From the IMG/VR virus record IMGVR_UViG_3300011008_000999: a stretch of DNA of 64,000 nucleotides. One strand, given 5' to 3'. This stretch comes from a virus. Its lineage: Duplodnaviria; Caudoviricetes. Shown here one piece after another: positions 40,721 to 51,191 of the stretch (its first letter is position 1; every line of letters begins with the position of its first letter). Both the position numbers and the translations under genes were made by a program. Below the pieces are notes generated by a model that had not been told where the DNA came from, did not search any database, and was given only the letters and a program-made list of their open reading frames with translations.

Positions 40721-43663
40721 TTATTTTACATGTCCACATACGCCGCATTTATCATGAACTTGATATAATCTGAATGTACCATTTATTCCAGTTCCCGCAT
40801 TGACATTAGTCAATCCAGCTACTTCATTCATATATGTATCAGTAGTTCCTGGTAATCTATGAGAAGTAATCCAAGCAGGTGAACCTGCCCAACCACCTAA
40901 GAATATCATAGCGCTACCTTCTGTGTACCAAGTACCCTGTCCATTAATTGATACAGCAGTACCACTTCCAATATTACCATAATGCCAATATCCAGCTCCA
41001 GATGGACCTCTAGCATCTCCAGCATAACATGATAAATATATTTGAATAGATGGCTGTTGTAAATATACCTTAGCTGTTTGATTATATGTATGTTCAGCTA
41101 AAGGAATATCTTGGCTATCATAATGATATCCACATGCGCAAGTATAGGTATGTGTTCCTTTTACTGTACAGGTTGAATTAGTCTTTACTGTAGCAGTATA
41201 GGTATGATTTGTAGAAAATACTTGATGACATCTACTACACCAAGTATGAGCATTTGCTTGTCCAGCATATACTTCATTATGACCTAAAGCTGTAGTATAA
41301 TCAGTATTAGCTAGTTTATCTCCACATCTTGTACAAGTATGAGTTGTATATCCCTGTTCTGTACAAGTAGGAGCTACTACAACTGAATCATACTCATGTC
41401 CTAAAGCCGGAGTAACTCTTTGAGTAGATGATAATTTTGCATTACATCTATCACAATAAACTACTTCATTATGAATTCCAGTAAGAGTACATGTAGGTAA
41501 ACTTACAGGTTCATTTACAAATTCTCTAGGATCATGACCTAAAGCTGGAACTATATTATCGTCATAATAATAATCACAAGGTATTCCAGTATTAGGATCT
41601 ATATTAGTGCAATAATGTCTAGTACATCCTTGTTCAGTACATGTAGGTGGGATTACCGCTGTACTTAAATTATGTCCTGTTTTAGGTATAACTACCCAAA
41701 CATTTGTAGCATCTGCTTCACAAGTTAAACAATATTGAACATCATTGTAACCTCCATCTTCTTCACAGGTAGGTTCAATTCTATTTCTAACTTGTCTTTC
41801 AAGTACACAATACTTAGGATCTACTGGAATATGAATATCCAATTCTAGATTAACAATTCCATCAGCTAATTCGTCCCAAGTTTCTGTACCATCCCATCTT
41901 TGACCATCCGCTCTAACTGATCCTTTGTCGTTAAGTGCGGATGCTATGTCAGATTTGATCTTAACGACATTTTGAAAAGACTGTTCTGCATTAGTATTAT
42001 AAGAGTCAACAGATTGCTGATACTGTGTGATTAGTGCTGCAATTTCATCTTTATTTTCTTGTTCCTGCTGGCTCAAATTATTATAGTTAGTAGTTAACTG
42101 ATTACTAATAGAATTGAAGTCATTTTCAATATTTTGACTTTGTGTAGACAAGCTGCTATTAACATCATCAAACTTGCCGTTAATTGTAGAGGTCTGATTG
42201 TTAATACTCGTATTAACACTTTCAGTAATTTGAGTATTTACAGAGTCTAATTTCTCATTAATACTAGCATTACCATTAGATATAGTAGTAGATAAATCGG
42301 AAAAAGACTCATCTACACTAGTCTGTAATTCTGATATAGACTGTTCATATTCAGTTTTCATAGTATCTAACTTATTCTGAAGATCCGTTTTAGATGTATT
42401 ACTTACTTCAGTTAAATCAGTCTGAATACTAGTAAGTTTATCAATAGTATTGCTATATTCTGTAGCATTCTGCGTAGATAAATCGCTAATAAGAGTACTA
42501 ATACTTGCCAATGTACCGTCAAAATGTGTTGTTATAGTATCTAAGTGTGTCTGGATATCTTCAATCTTATTTGGCAAATCATCTGCATTATCTTCTTCAA
42601 TCTGATTGATTAAATCAGTAATTTCAGTTTTTGCTGTAGATATTTCTGTAGAAAGATTAGAGATATCTGTTTCTAAAGTAGATACAGAATTACTAATATT
42701 ATCATTTACTGTTCTGAATTCTACAGTTAATTTTTCATCAAGAAGACCTTCAAATTCATCTAAGTGATCATTGACCTCGGTAGTAAAGTTATTTATTTGC
42801 TCAGTAACCTCACTATGCTGTGTAGCAGTAGTCTCAGATAAGCTTAAAATAGAACTATTTACTGTATCAATATCTGTACTTAATGCTGTAAATTGTTCAT
42901 TTAAGTATTCTGGATTATTACTTTTAGTAGATTCAATTAGTGCTGTGATTGTCTCAGTAGATGTACTAACTGTTGTAGAAATAGAATTAAGATTTGCAGT
43001 TAATGTGGTTAAAGTAGTATCTACTTTTGTTGTCATTTCTGAAAAATTAGTTTTGATTGTCTCAGCTAATTCTTCATTAGACGTTTCTAAATATTTATTT
43101 AATTCAGTCTGAAAATTATTTAGCTTAGCAATGATCTTTTCATATGAATCTTTATTAGCTTTAGACATTTCATCTATCTGTCCGCTAATATCATTAAGCT
43201 TAGCTAAAATGGCTTCAAACTTCGTCATTATCTCTGCGTTCTGACCTTCGTTGATTTCCGTTATTAAAGTATTTATGTCAGTTTTTGTAGTTTCTACCTG
43301 TTTAGATAAATCAGACAAGTCAGTTGTCATCTGATTAAGAACTGTATCTATGTCCTCATTGACAGATGTAAAACTATAGTTTAATGTTTCACTTGTTTCA
43401 TTTATAGTAGTTTTAATATTCTCGACTTCACTTTGGTTAGTGTCGATAATACTACTCATACTATCAAGTGTCACTGACATAGTTTCTAACTGCTCTTTTA
43501 TTTGAGCTGTTGACGATAGTGGAGTAACGGTATCATCTATCGTCGTCATTGGTGGACGCTTATAAGCAGAGTATAAGCCTAGTCCAAGTAAAAGACATAT
43601 AATAAAAATAGAAAAAGCTATTAGTATTATACGCCTTTTTGGTGGATGAAATTTCTTATCCAT
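40721..43663 (-). CDS. Paralogous membrane-anchored coiled-coil protein with Cys/His repeats
   Basis: Same architecture as 37499..40666. Confidence 0.8.
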   Translation of the reverse strand: MDKKFHPPKRRIILIAFSIFIICLLLGLGLYSAYKRPPMTTIDDTVTPLSSTAQIKEQLETMSVTLDSMSSIIDTNQSEVENIKTTINETSETLNYSFTSVNEDIDTVLNQMTTDLSDLSKQVETTKTDINTLITEINEGQNAEIMTKFEAILAKLNDISGQIDEMSKANKDSYEKIIAKLNNFQTELNKYLETSNEELAETIKTNFSEMTTKVDTTLTTLTANLNSISTTVSTSTETITALIESTKSNNPEYLNEQFTALSTDIDTVNSSILSLSETTATQHSEVTEQINNFTTEVNDHLDEFEGLLDEKLTVEFRTVNDNISNSVSTLETDISNLSTEISTAKTEITDLINQIEEDNADDLPNKIEDIQTHLDTITTHFDGTLASISTLISDLSTQNATEYSNTIDKLTSIQTDLTEVSNTSKTDLQNKLDTMKTEYEQSISELQTSVDESFSDLSTTISNGNASINEKLDSVNTQITESVNTSINNQTSTINGKFDDVNSSLSTQSQNIENDFNSISNQLTTNYNNLSQQEQENKDEIAALITQYQQSVDSYNTNAEQSFQNVVKIKSDIASALNDKGSVRADGQRWDGTETWDELADGIVNLELDIHIPVDPKYCVLERQVRNRIEPTCEEDGGYNDVQYCLTCEADATNVWVVIPKTGHNLSTAVIPPTCTEQGCTRHYCTNIDPNTGIPCDYYYDDNIVPALGHDPREFVNEPVSLPTCTLTGIHNEVVYCDRCNAKLSSTQRVTPALGHEYDSVVVAPTCTEQGYTTHTCTRCGDKLANTDYTTALGHNEVYAGQANAHTWCSRCHQVFSTNHTYTATVKTNSTCTVKGTHTYTCACGYHYDSQDIPLAEHTYNQTAKVYLQQPSIQIYLSCYAGDARGPSGAGYWHYGNIGSGTAVSINGQGTWYTEGSAMIFLGGWAGSPAWITSHRLPGTTDTYMNEVAGLTNVNAGTGINGTFRLYQVHDKCGVCGHVK

Positions 43664-43800
43664 ATTGTTTTCCTCCAGTCATTACAACTTAGTCACACAG
43701 ATGTATAATTAAATAGCTCTTTATTTGACTAATATGCATAAAAATAGAACAAACTATTGTATAGTTTGTTTAATAAAGTTTTTATAATTATAAGATAGAA

Positions 43801-44235
43801 TTAAAATCGTTCCATCTCTCTTTTCATATCTTTTTCTTTAATTGATTGACGTTTGTCATAATTATGCTTACCTTTACATATACCGAGAAGAACTTTAACC
43901 TTATCATTCTTCATGTACATCTTTAAAGGAATAAGAGTAATTCCATTGTCAATTAACTTGTTCTTAAGGGACCTAATTTCCTGCTTATGAACAAGTAATC
44001 TTCTATTTCTTCTTTCTGCTACATCATAGTCCATAGCTTTATCATACTTAGCAATATGAGTGCCAATAAGAATAAGTTCATTATTTTCAATAGAAATATA
44101 TGAATCCTTAAGATTACATGAACCTTTCTTTATAGACTTAATTTCATGACCTTTGAGCTCAATACCACATTCAATGGTATCAAGCACAAAATAGTCATAA
44201 TAAGCTTTTCTATTTTCTATGTTAATAGAATTCAT
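43801..44235 (-). CDS. smpB: SsrA-binding protein
   Basis: NRKAYYDY, GIELKGHEIKS, RRLLVHK, GKHNYDKR. Confidence 0.95.
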   Translation of the reverse strand: MNSINIENRKAYYDYFVLDTIECGIELKGHEIKSIKKGSCNLKDSYISIENNELILIGTHIAKYDKAMDYDVAERRNRRLLVHKQEIRSLKNKLIDNGITLIPLKMYMKNDKVKVLLGICKGKHNYDKRQSIKEKDMKREMERF

Positions 44236-44402
44236 AATTGCTCCTTGATAGCGCTAATAGTCTGTTTTAATGGACATTCAAAATTCTCAGCTTCTTCATC
44301 AAATAACCAACATGCTTCGCATCCAGCAGGCTGATCTTCAATACACTCACAAAGTACTTCAGCATGATTGATAAGTTTCTTAATATCTTCAGGATTTACC
44401 AT
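44232..44402 (-). CDS. Small Cys-rich protein (below ORF-track cutoff)
   Basis: MVNPED...CEC...CEAC...CPL with RBS. Confidence 0.5.
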   Translation of the reverse strand: MVNPEDIKKLINHAEVLCECIEDQPAGCEACWLFDEEAENFECPLKQTISAIKEQL

Positions 44403-44468
44403 ATTATACTCCTTATTATTTTTCTTTATTAAGGCAAATAGTAGTTTACATAATTTCCTTTGGATTCA

Positions 44469-44888
44469 TCATCCTTCAATATACTGTCTTACTACTCCCT
44501 GAGCCATCTTACCATCAAGAGCACTACCGAACTGCGCCTTAAGAGTCTTCATACATACACCAATGTTCTTCTCAATATTGTTAGTATTGAGGTACTCAAG
44601 AATCTGTTCTTCAGTAACTGCCTGAGGAAGCAGTCCCTGACAATAACCTACCTTTTCAGCAATCTCAGTTGCTCTTACAGAATCATTCTTTACATACTCG
44701 TATAAATCATTAAGCTGCTTGATCTCATTCTTTGCTGCCTTAATGAAGTCATCATCAGTTACAGCACGATTACCATCATTCTTTGCGATCTTCTGAGCAT
44801 TCTCAAGAATAGATCTATATGTAAGCTTTGCAGCCTCATTCTTGTCTTTCATTGCATCTTTAATTAGCATTCTTACTCTTGCTTCCAT
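44469..44888 (-). CDS. GatB/YqeY-domain protein
   Basis: IKDAMKDK...LLPQ...IG.CMK.LK...DGK. Confidence 0.8.
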   Translation of the reverse strand: MEARVRMLIKDAMKDKNEAAKLTYRSILENAQKIAKNDGNRAVTDDDFIKAAKNEIKQLNDLYEYVKNDSVRATEIAEKVGYCQGLLPQAVTEEQILEYLNTNNIEKNIGVCMKTLKAQFGSALDGKMAQGVVRQYIEG

Positions 44889-44910
44889 TTCTTTTATCTC
44901 CTTTTTATTA

Positions 44911-45468
44911 TTATACTAAGAAGCTTATACACTTCTTAATTTCATTCATAATATCATTATAGATTTCATCCATTGAGACAGGACCATTATTATGAGCATC
45001 TACTGCTACATTATATATATAAGGTCTATCTTCAAGGAACTTCTGCTTGCTATGCGTATGACCAAAAAGATTAAATACACAAGTCTTAGGATTACTGTTC
45101 AAATCTGCGGTAAGTGTAGGATAGTGACTAATATAGAACTTTCGTCCCTTATATTCGATCTGCTTAGCTAAACAAATCTCAATAATCTTATCACATCGCT
45201 TATATACTTCGATCTTAGCAGGAGTATCGTGATTACCAAGAATAAGAATAATCTTACCCTTGAGTATTTTCAATGTATTCTCTACAAACTCAATATCTGA
45301 GCCAAAAAAGAAGTCGCCATCTACAATAACAGTATCTTCATCAGTTACAATATTATTCCAATTTCTGATAAGAGTTTCATTTGATTCCTTACAAGACTTA
45401 AAGCCTCTTGGACCCCAAATAAACTCTCTATCATGATTAAAATGTAAATCAGACGTTAAATAAAGCAT
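44911..45468 (-). CDS. Calcineurin-like metallophosphoesterase
   Basis: SDLHFNH, GD, GNHD, SHYP, GHTH. Confidence 0.9.
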   Translation of the reverse strand: MLYLTSDLHFNHDREFIWGPRGFKSCKESNETLIRNWNNIVTDEDTVIVDGDFFFGSDIEFVENTLKILKGKIILILGNHDTPAKIEVYKRCDKIIEICLAKQIEYKGRKFYISHYPTLTADLNSNPKTCVFNLFGHTHSKQKFLEDRPYIYNVAVDAHNNGPVSMDEIYNDIMNEIKKCISFLV

Positions 45469-45469
45469 T

Positions 45470-45940
45470 TTATTTATTCTCCATTATAAAATCAAATATC
45501 TCTTTAGGTACATATTTAGATATGTCTTTCTTGTGTTTAAGAAGTTCTCTTACCATACTAGAACTTACATGACCAAGCTGTCCAGCTCTAATATAAATTG
45601 TGTCAACTCCTGTAACTTCTTCATTAACTGATGCAAGGTTTTCTTCATATTCATAATCCATACCATTACGAATACCACGAACTAATACATCACAGTTATA
45701 CTCAATAGCTGCATCTACACCTAAACCTGTAAATACAACTACTTTTGTATTTGTTATACCTTCTCTTTCAAGAACGTCTTTAATTAAAAGTGCCATTGTA
45801 CTTTGATTATATTTTCTTGTTTTAGCTGGATTAACTCCAACACCAATTACAAGACGATCAAATAGCTTAGATGCTCTTTTAATTACATGTAAATGTCCAT
45901 TTGTAAATGGATCAAAACTACCAGCATAAAAACCGTTCAT
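45470..45940 (-). CDS. coaD: Phosphopantetheine adenylyltransferase
   Basis: GSFDPFTNGHL, RGIR, YE, VSSSMVREL. Confidence 0.9.
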   Translation of the reverse strand: MNGFYAGSFDPFTNGHLHVIKRASKLFDRLVIGVGVNPAKTRKYNQSTMALLIKDVLEREGITNTKVVVFTGLGVDAAIEYNCDVLVRGIRNGMDYEYEENLASVNEEVTGVDTIYIRAGQLGHVSSSMVRELLKHKKDISKYVPKEIFDFIMENK

Positions 45941-45949
45941 ATATTCTCC

Positions 45950-46354
45950 TTAACAATATTTTTCTTTATATTCGTTATACAGTTTTTTAATTTGATCTCT
46001 AGCATCATCTTCATTATCTGCCTTAATATTGAGCACTCTATATCTAATGCTAGTAAAAGCTGCCGCAGTACTTAATTCAGTATGACCTTCAACACCAATG
46101 TGTTTATCAAGATGTACAGCGTTAAATGCACCTTTCTTAAGATCAGCCATATCGTAGTATGCCTTATAATAAGTAAATAACTTATACTCATTAGGATCAT
46201 ACATACCATCTGCAGTTTCCTGTTCATCTATAGTACAAGAATGTAACTCAGCATAAATCTGAGCTTGAACTTTATCAGTAAAAACTTTTTCTATTCCAGA
46301 TTCATCAAAGTCATGCCATACACACACATAAATTTTCATATTATATGCCTCCAA
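45950..46354 (-). CDS. Hypothetical protein
   Basis: ORF in operon. Confidence 0.6.
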   Translation of the reverse strand: MEAYNMKIYVCVWHDFDESGIEKVFTDKVQAQIYAELHSCTIDEQETADGMYDPNEYKLFTYYKAYYDMADLKKGAFNAVHLDKHIGVEGHTELSTAAAFTSIRYRVLNIKADNEDDARDQIKKLYNEYKEKYC

Positions 46355-46807
46355 TTAAGTTAAAGTAGTTGTACATGTACCTTTATGATCAGGACCAGTA
46401 AGTGCATCCAAAATATCGGCAAAGATCTTTTCTTTATCAGTATTAACGAATGTATTGCATGTGCAATATGTCATAAGACTTGTAGGTTCTTCTGTAAACT
46501 GTACTACAATTATACGTTTATGATTAGCAAACGCATAACCTTGTTCCCAGTTAGTTCCGGCAGAACCAATTCTACCAGGTGTAATCATAAGGAATATATC
46601 TGCTTTATCAATGGCTTTTTTATCAGCTTCAAATACTAGCTGTGCCCAATCTTCTTGAGAATAATCCCAAGCATTTTCGATTTTAAGTTCAAATGGACAA
46701 TATATTTCATATCCATTCTTTCTTAAATGTTTTGCTATATTTACCATTAAAGTTCTCTGTTCAGATGAACAACTACCTGCTAAATAAATCATATACATAC
46801 CTCTCAT
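46355..46807 (-). CDS. Nucleoside 2-deoxyribosyltransferase-like protein
   Basis: IYLAG...D..AIDKAD...GTNWEQGYA. Confidence 0.8.
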   Translation of the reverse strand: MRGMYMIYLAGSCSSEQRTLMVNIAKHLRKNGYEIYCPFELKIENAWDYSQEDWAQLVFEADKKAIDKADIFLMITPGRIGSAGTNWEQGYAFANHKRIIVVQFTEEPTSLMTYCTCNTFVNTDKEKIFADILDALTGPDHKGTCTTTLT

Positions 46808-46904
46808 ATATTTATTATGAGTCTATTATAACATGAATTTTTAGTAACGTAAATAGTTTTGATAAAAGAAAAATGGACATGAGATTTTTCTCACATCCAT
46901 TTGA

Positions 46905-47405
46905 TGGGGATATTGAGGATTCGAACACTCGAAGCCGCATTACTCCACGTTCGTCATTGATGTTGCGCATCCATCAATCTAGAATCATATTACACTCGAG
47001 TTTATATGATTCACGTTTTGTCTTTTTTGGCACGTACTCTCCGCACGCCACTTTGTCCACTTGTATATCACCCCATGATAAGCAGTCTCCCCAGGAGTCG
47101 AACCTAGGACCTTTGTAGCGTCGTACCCCATCCGGTAACCTTTCTTGCGGAAAGATCTGCATGCATTTACTTTAGGGTACCGGGCCCGCATTACTCTACT
47201 TGTAGTGTCAGTTAGCTAGACTGTCTTTCAAATATTTCACTGCCCTTCATCAAGACCATATTAATTAGTATAGGCTGTTCGTCAAACTCCAGTTAGCAAT
47301 TCAAACCCAACTTAGACTTACCGGCTAAGAGCGCTTCTAGCTTGCACAGGGCAATTTACACGCCGCGTCTTAACTCCACTCTGCAGCAGTATCTAAGAAT
47401 TACAG
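46905..47405 (-). ncRNA. Structured RNA region with two oversized tRNA-like units
   Basis: T-loops near 46920 and 47095; three GTRGAGT..A..GCGG repeats. Confidence 0.5.
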
Positions 47406-47417
47406 TTTGCACCTAAA

Positions 47418-47489
47418 AGTCGACGGTGGGAGTCGAACCCACGATACTGGTTTTGCAGACCAAGGCCTTAACCACTTGGCTACGTCGAC
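47418..47489 (-). tRNA. tRNA-Cys(GCA)
   Basis: Cloverleaf. Confidence 0.9.
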
Positions 47490-47638
47490 AAACATAATTT
47501 ATAGAAAGTTTTATTTAGTATACATAGCTCGACAATACATTTTTCTTATTGTACTAAATCTAATTACCTGATCTCGCTTACCTTTAGTCATTTCATAATT
47601 CTAAGGCTGCACCTTTTGTTTCATAAATCGTTTTCATT

Positions 47639-48484
47639 TTATTTCTCAGTAATCTTAGATGCAGTTTTCTTAATAGCTGTAGTCTTTTTCTTCTTAAGCT
47701 GTTCTGTCAACCTAGCACACTCAGCTTTAAGTCTTGCATTCTCATCACGTTCTTTCTTTAATTCTTCTTCATATATATTAATCAATGTTTCAGTACATTC
47801 TGTCAAACTAACAATTTTAGCTTTAAGAATAGTAAATCCATCACTAAGTTCAGGATAGTTTGCTTTTCCGTAAGTAGTAAGTGGATAGATCCAAGTTCTA
47901 GTTTCATTTACATATTTATGAAGCTTTTCAGGTTTCATAACATAGAGATCTTCTACATTATGTGATCTATCTGCCAACTTAATAAGAATAGCATACTTAT
48001 TTCTCTTAATCTGGTTGAAATAATCATCAAGTTCTTCTTCTGTTGCACCAGATCTCTTACTTACTAACTTAACTGCTTCCAATACTTTAGGTGAAAAATG
48101 ATATTCATTAACTAGTTCATTTCCACCCTTAGGAAAGTATTCTGAACAATCTTCTAAACTATCATGTAATAAAGCTGCTGCAAGAAGATTATCAAGTTCA
48201 TCAACTTTTAAAGGAAGTCTTAATGAAATAAGTGTAGAGCAAACTTTTAATACGTGAAGTACATAAGGTAATCTATAAGATTGACCGTTAACAATTACTT
48301 CGCCTTTTCTATATTGACCATTGTGGAAACGTCTTACTAAAGGTAACGCTCTTAAAGTCTGTGGAAGTCGAAGCGCAGTCGCATAACCTTTGATAAACAA
48401 ATAAGTTTTATCATATAGAAAAGCTTCTTCTACGTTAAATGATTCAACTATTTTCTGTGACATACACTTCACCACCTTTCTCAC
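47639..48484 (-). CDS. RelA/SpoT-type HD hydrolase (small alarmone hydrolase-like)
   Basis: H.GQYRK, PYVLH, AALLHDSLED, IKLADRSHN. Confidence 0.8.
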   Translation of the reverse strand: MRKVVKCMSQKIVESFNVEEAFLYDKTYLFIKGYATALRLPQTLRALPLVRRFHNGQYRKGEVIVNGQSYRLPYVLHVLKVCSTLISLRLPLKVDELDNLLAAALLHDSLEDCSEYFPKGGNELVNEYHFSPKVLEAVKLVSKRSGATEEELDDYFNQIKRNKYAILIKLADRSHNVEDLYVMKPEKLHKYVNETRTWIYPLTTYGKANYPELSDGFTILKAKIVSLTECTETLINIYEEELKKERDENARLKAECARLTEQLKKKKTTAIKKTASKITEK

Positions 48485-48826
48485 TCTTTGGACTGAAGTT
48501 CCATTACTCTCTGGTAAGCTTCTTCTCCAATAACATCCATTACGGCATTACCATGTTCTGGTGACTTTTTACAAATTTCCCAAATATCTTTAGCTACTTC
48601 AATTTCGATCTTTTCCATAATAGCATCCTTTCTTTTTATTAAGGAACCATCGCTGCTATCTTTCACTCCTACGATAGTGCACCTAACAGAAGATGTAGCA
48701 TTTACCGGCGCTCAACCTTTACTGTGCTATGAACGACTTTGCTCCAAGTTGAGCCGAGGCGGCTGGAACCATGAAACAAAACTTGTAGAATCCAAAATGA
48801 ATAAAATGACAAATCACTTTGGAAAG

Positions 48827-49185
48827 TGGAGATGAGGGGAATCGAACCCCTGTCCGAAATACTTACTCAGAGCTTTCTACACGTTTATCTTGCTTTTAAT
48901 AAGTTATCTAACCATCTAAACAGGCGAACTGATTAGCAACTAACTATTGTGGTCTTATGTATGAATACTTTTGTCATCCTCTTCATACAGCAGCGATCAT
49001 CTTTGGCCATAAGAGATACGACCGCAATACTCTTATGACTTAACTCTCCGAAGAGAGGTTGCTGCGATTAGGCAGCTGCGTAACCGTAGTTAGCGTTTAT
49101 TGTTTGGTGTCGGATTCAAGAGGTGTCCACCATCCTCTACGTGCTTTTCTCGTTGCTTGTACCCCGTCGAAACCTTTACATCCCC
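48827..49185 (-). ncRNA. ssrA: tmRNA; tag (A)ANYGYAAA*
   Basis: 5' GGGGATGTAAAGGTTTCGAC, 3' GGTTCGATTCCCCTCATCTCCA; ATAAAC-GCT AAC TAC GGT TAC GCA GCT GCC TAA. Confidence 0.95.
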
Positions 49186-49262
49186 AGGGTAAGATTAAGA
49201 ATTGCAACTATTTCTTAATCATATAAACATTATATCATGAACAATTTTATTTGTAAATAGTT

Positions 49263-49502
49263 TTATTCTACAATATAATCTTTAATTGCTTCCTTAAATG
49301 TGTCAAAAGCAGTACCATCTTCAGTGTGAACACGAAGTTCGATAGGCTTAGAAAGATCGAGCGAAAAAATACCCATAATAGACTTAGCGTCAATAACATA
49401 TCTGCTGCTTACAAGATCAGCATCAAAAATCTGCTTAGTCATTATATTAACGAATCCTTTTACTTTCTCAATTGAATTGAGAGATATTACTGTAGTAAAC
49501 AT
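49263..49502 (-). CDS. HPr-like protein lacking His15
   Basis: IDAKSIMGIFSL (Ser46 motif). Confidence 0.8.
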   Translation of the reverse strand: MFTTVISLNSIEKVKGFVNIMTKQIFDADLVSSRYVIDAKSIMGIFSLDLSKPIELRVHTEDGTAFDTFKEAIKDYIVE

Positions 49503-49726
49503 ATTACTGCCTCCTTAAGTGTAAATAGTTAGTACGACGACTAACTATTTTAAAACGAACTATGTTAATTGTAAAAGACCACTCCTAAGGTTGCAACTAG
49601 AGGCATCATCACCGCTTATAAAGTGTCTATGAATAAATCTAGAATCATCATAGGCAAGCAATATAAGGAAGGTACTTCTTACAGCCGCTAAACTGTTGTA
49701 ATTCCTCTACTTAAGAGTGGTCAAAT

Positions 49727-49860
49727 AGAGATGGTAGGAATCGAACCTACAATTCTACACTATATACACATACATTCGACTTACTAGTATATCAAATATA
49801 TGTTTTTGATGTATATAGAACGAGATCACATCCGGCGTCTTCCTATTCCGCCACATCTCT
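49727..49860 (-). ncRNA. Non-canonical tRNA-like RNA (Leu-type D arm, long hairpin)
   Basis: AGAGATG/CATCTCT, GGCGGAATAGGAAGACGC, T-arm. Confidence 0.65.
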
Positions 49861-49864
49861 AAAC

Positions 49865-49956
49865 TAGTCAGATAAGTTTCGAACTTATGTCTCCCTACGT
49901 CTAGGTTGTTTTGACCAAGGATTTACTTTTTGGCACCTTATCTAAACTACTGACTA
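49865..49956 (-). ncRNA. tRNA-like RNA with D-loop insert and 4-nt anticodon loop
   Basis: TAGTCAG/CTGACTA; CCTA-GACG-TAGG. Confidence 0.6.
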
Positions 49957-50110
49957 ATAATCCGAGGTAGGATTCCATTATGGCCCCTTTGATACGCATG
50001 CTTTTATCATACTCACCATAACCGCCACCTACATGTTCTGCAGGTTCGTCTGCTACGTCTTTCGTCCTTATTCGAATTCGGACTTGTTAGTGATTAAACG
50101 ACTCGGACAA

Positions 50111-50183
50111 TGGAACCGAAGAGATTTGAACTCTCGACCCCCTGCTTGCAAGGCAGGTGCTCTCCCAACTGAGCTACGGCCCA
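50111..50183 (-). tRNA. tRNA-Ala(TGC)
   Basis: Cloverleaf with G3-U70; first pair mismatched. Confidence 0.85.
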
Positions 50184-50308
50184 TATATGAGGGAAACATG
50201 GCCTTAAAAACCCTCTCTGCTACTCTCGGACTAAGGTTTTGCTGATTACCCATTATCCTACCCTTGCAGTTAACTTCAGCAAATTATTCTGTCATCATGT
50301 TTTTTAAG

Positions 50309-50383
50309 CGACTCGAACGGGACTTGAACCCGTGACCTCCGCCGTGACAGGGCGGCACTACCAGCCAGCTGAGCTATCGAGCC
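50309..50383 (-). tRNA. tRNA-Asp(GTC)
   Basis: Cloverleaf. Confidence 0.85.
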
Positions 50384-50513
50384 ATAATTACTATTTGTCT
50401 AAGTAACTCTAATCTATTGCAAGTCAATTAGAGGACTACGTACGATTTTTCGACTTAAGATACTTACCACATCGATGACGTAATAAATATCAAGGTTATA
50501 GTTAACCTTATAA

Positions 50514-50597
50514 TGGGCCGAGGTGGACTCGAACCACCGATGTTTCTAATGTAACGGATTTACAGTCCGCCGCCCTCGCCGCTAGGCATACCGACCC
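50514..50597 (-). tRNA. tRNA-Tyr(GTA)
   Basis: Cloverleaf, long variable arm. Confidence 0.9.
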
Positions 50598-50603
50598 AAA
50601 TTA

Positions 50604-50813
50604 TTATCTAGATTCTTTATACTTAGATACTAATCGAACCTTATTAGCTTTATAAACTTTTTTCATTTTTATAGAATCATAAACTACACACCATGGAGTG
50701 GAATTATACATTCCTACACCAATTGCTTCAACTGATTCCTTATAAATAAAAGGATCATGTACAGTTTCTGCAAATTTTTTAGCTTTTGATTCTGAAGGAA
50801 AATATTTTTTCAT
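50604..50813 (-). CDS. Small hypothetical protein
   Basis: ORF between tRNAs. Confidence 0.4.
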   Translation of the reverse strand: MKKYFPSESKAKKFAETVHDPFIYKESVEAIGVGMYNSTPWCVVYDSIKMKKVYKANKVRLVSKYKESR

Positions 50814-50816
50814 AAG

Positions 50817-50890
50817 TGGATCAGCAGGGACTCGAACCCCGGACCGGCTGGTTATGAGCCAGCTGCTCTAACCAACTGAGCTACTGATCC
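50817..50890 (-). tRNA. tRNA(CAT), Ile2- or Met-type
   Basis: Cloverleaf. Confidence 0.85.
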
Positions 50891-51065
50891 ATATAAGAGA
50901 GTGTACTAATCCTCAGCTTCGAGTATGGCTAACCCTTAGGGAGTCGAACCCACCGATAAGATACAGAATAGTAATCAGCACATCTGTTTTAACTAGGTGA
51001 TTAAGCTAGCGACTTATCTGGACTTTAGATCATCTTGCAAAACAATCTGTCGTCTACACTCTAAA

Positions 51066-51189
51066 GAAGGATGGTAGGACTCGAACCTACAGTGTACCGG
51101 CTCCCTAAGCATTAGAATTTTGGTTGCTGTCTTTATCACGAAAATGATAGTGTCAAAACGGCGCGTCTGCCAATTCCGCCACATCCTTC
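51066..51189 (-). ncRNA. Leu-type tRNA scaffold with handle insert in anticodon arm
   Basis: TATCAT-TTTC-GTGATA-AAGACAGCAA inside the arm. Confidence 0.75.
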
Positions 51190-51191
51190 AA

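Noticed and set aside
37499-43663. Diversity-generating retroelement targets
   Set aside because: No reverse transcriptase or adenine-specific TR/VR pair in the window
36025-47405. RNase P RNA
   Set aside because: No GAGGAAAGUCC or matching 3' P4 signature seen in either large RNA candidate
50060-50092. Hammerhead-like CTAACAA-GTCC..GGAC-GAAA
   Set aside because: Core departs from CUGANGA at two conserved positions and no convincing stems I and III
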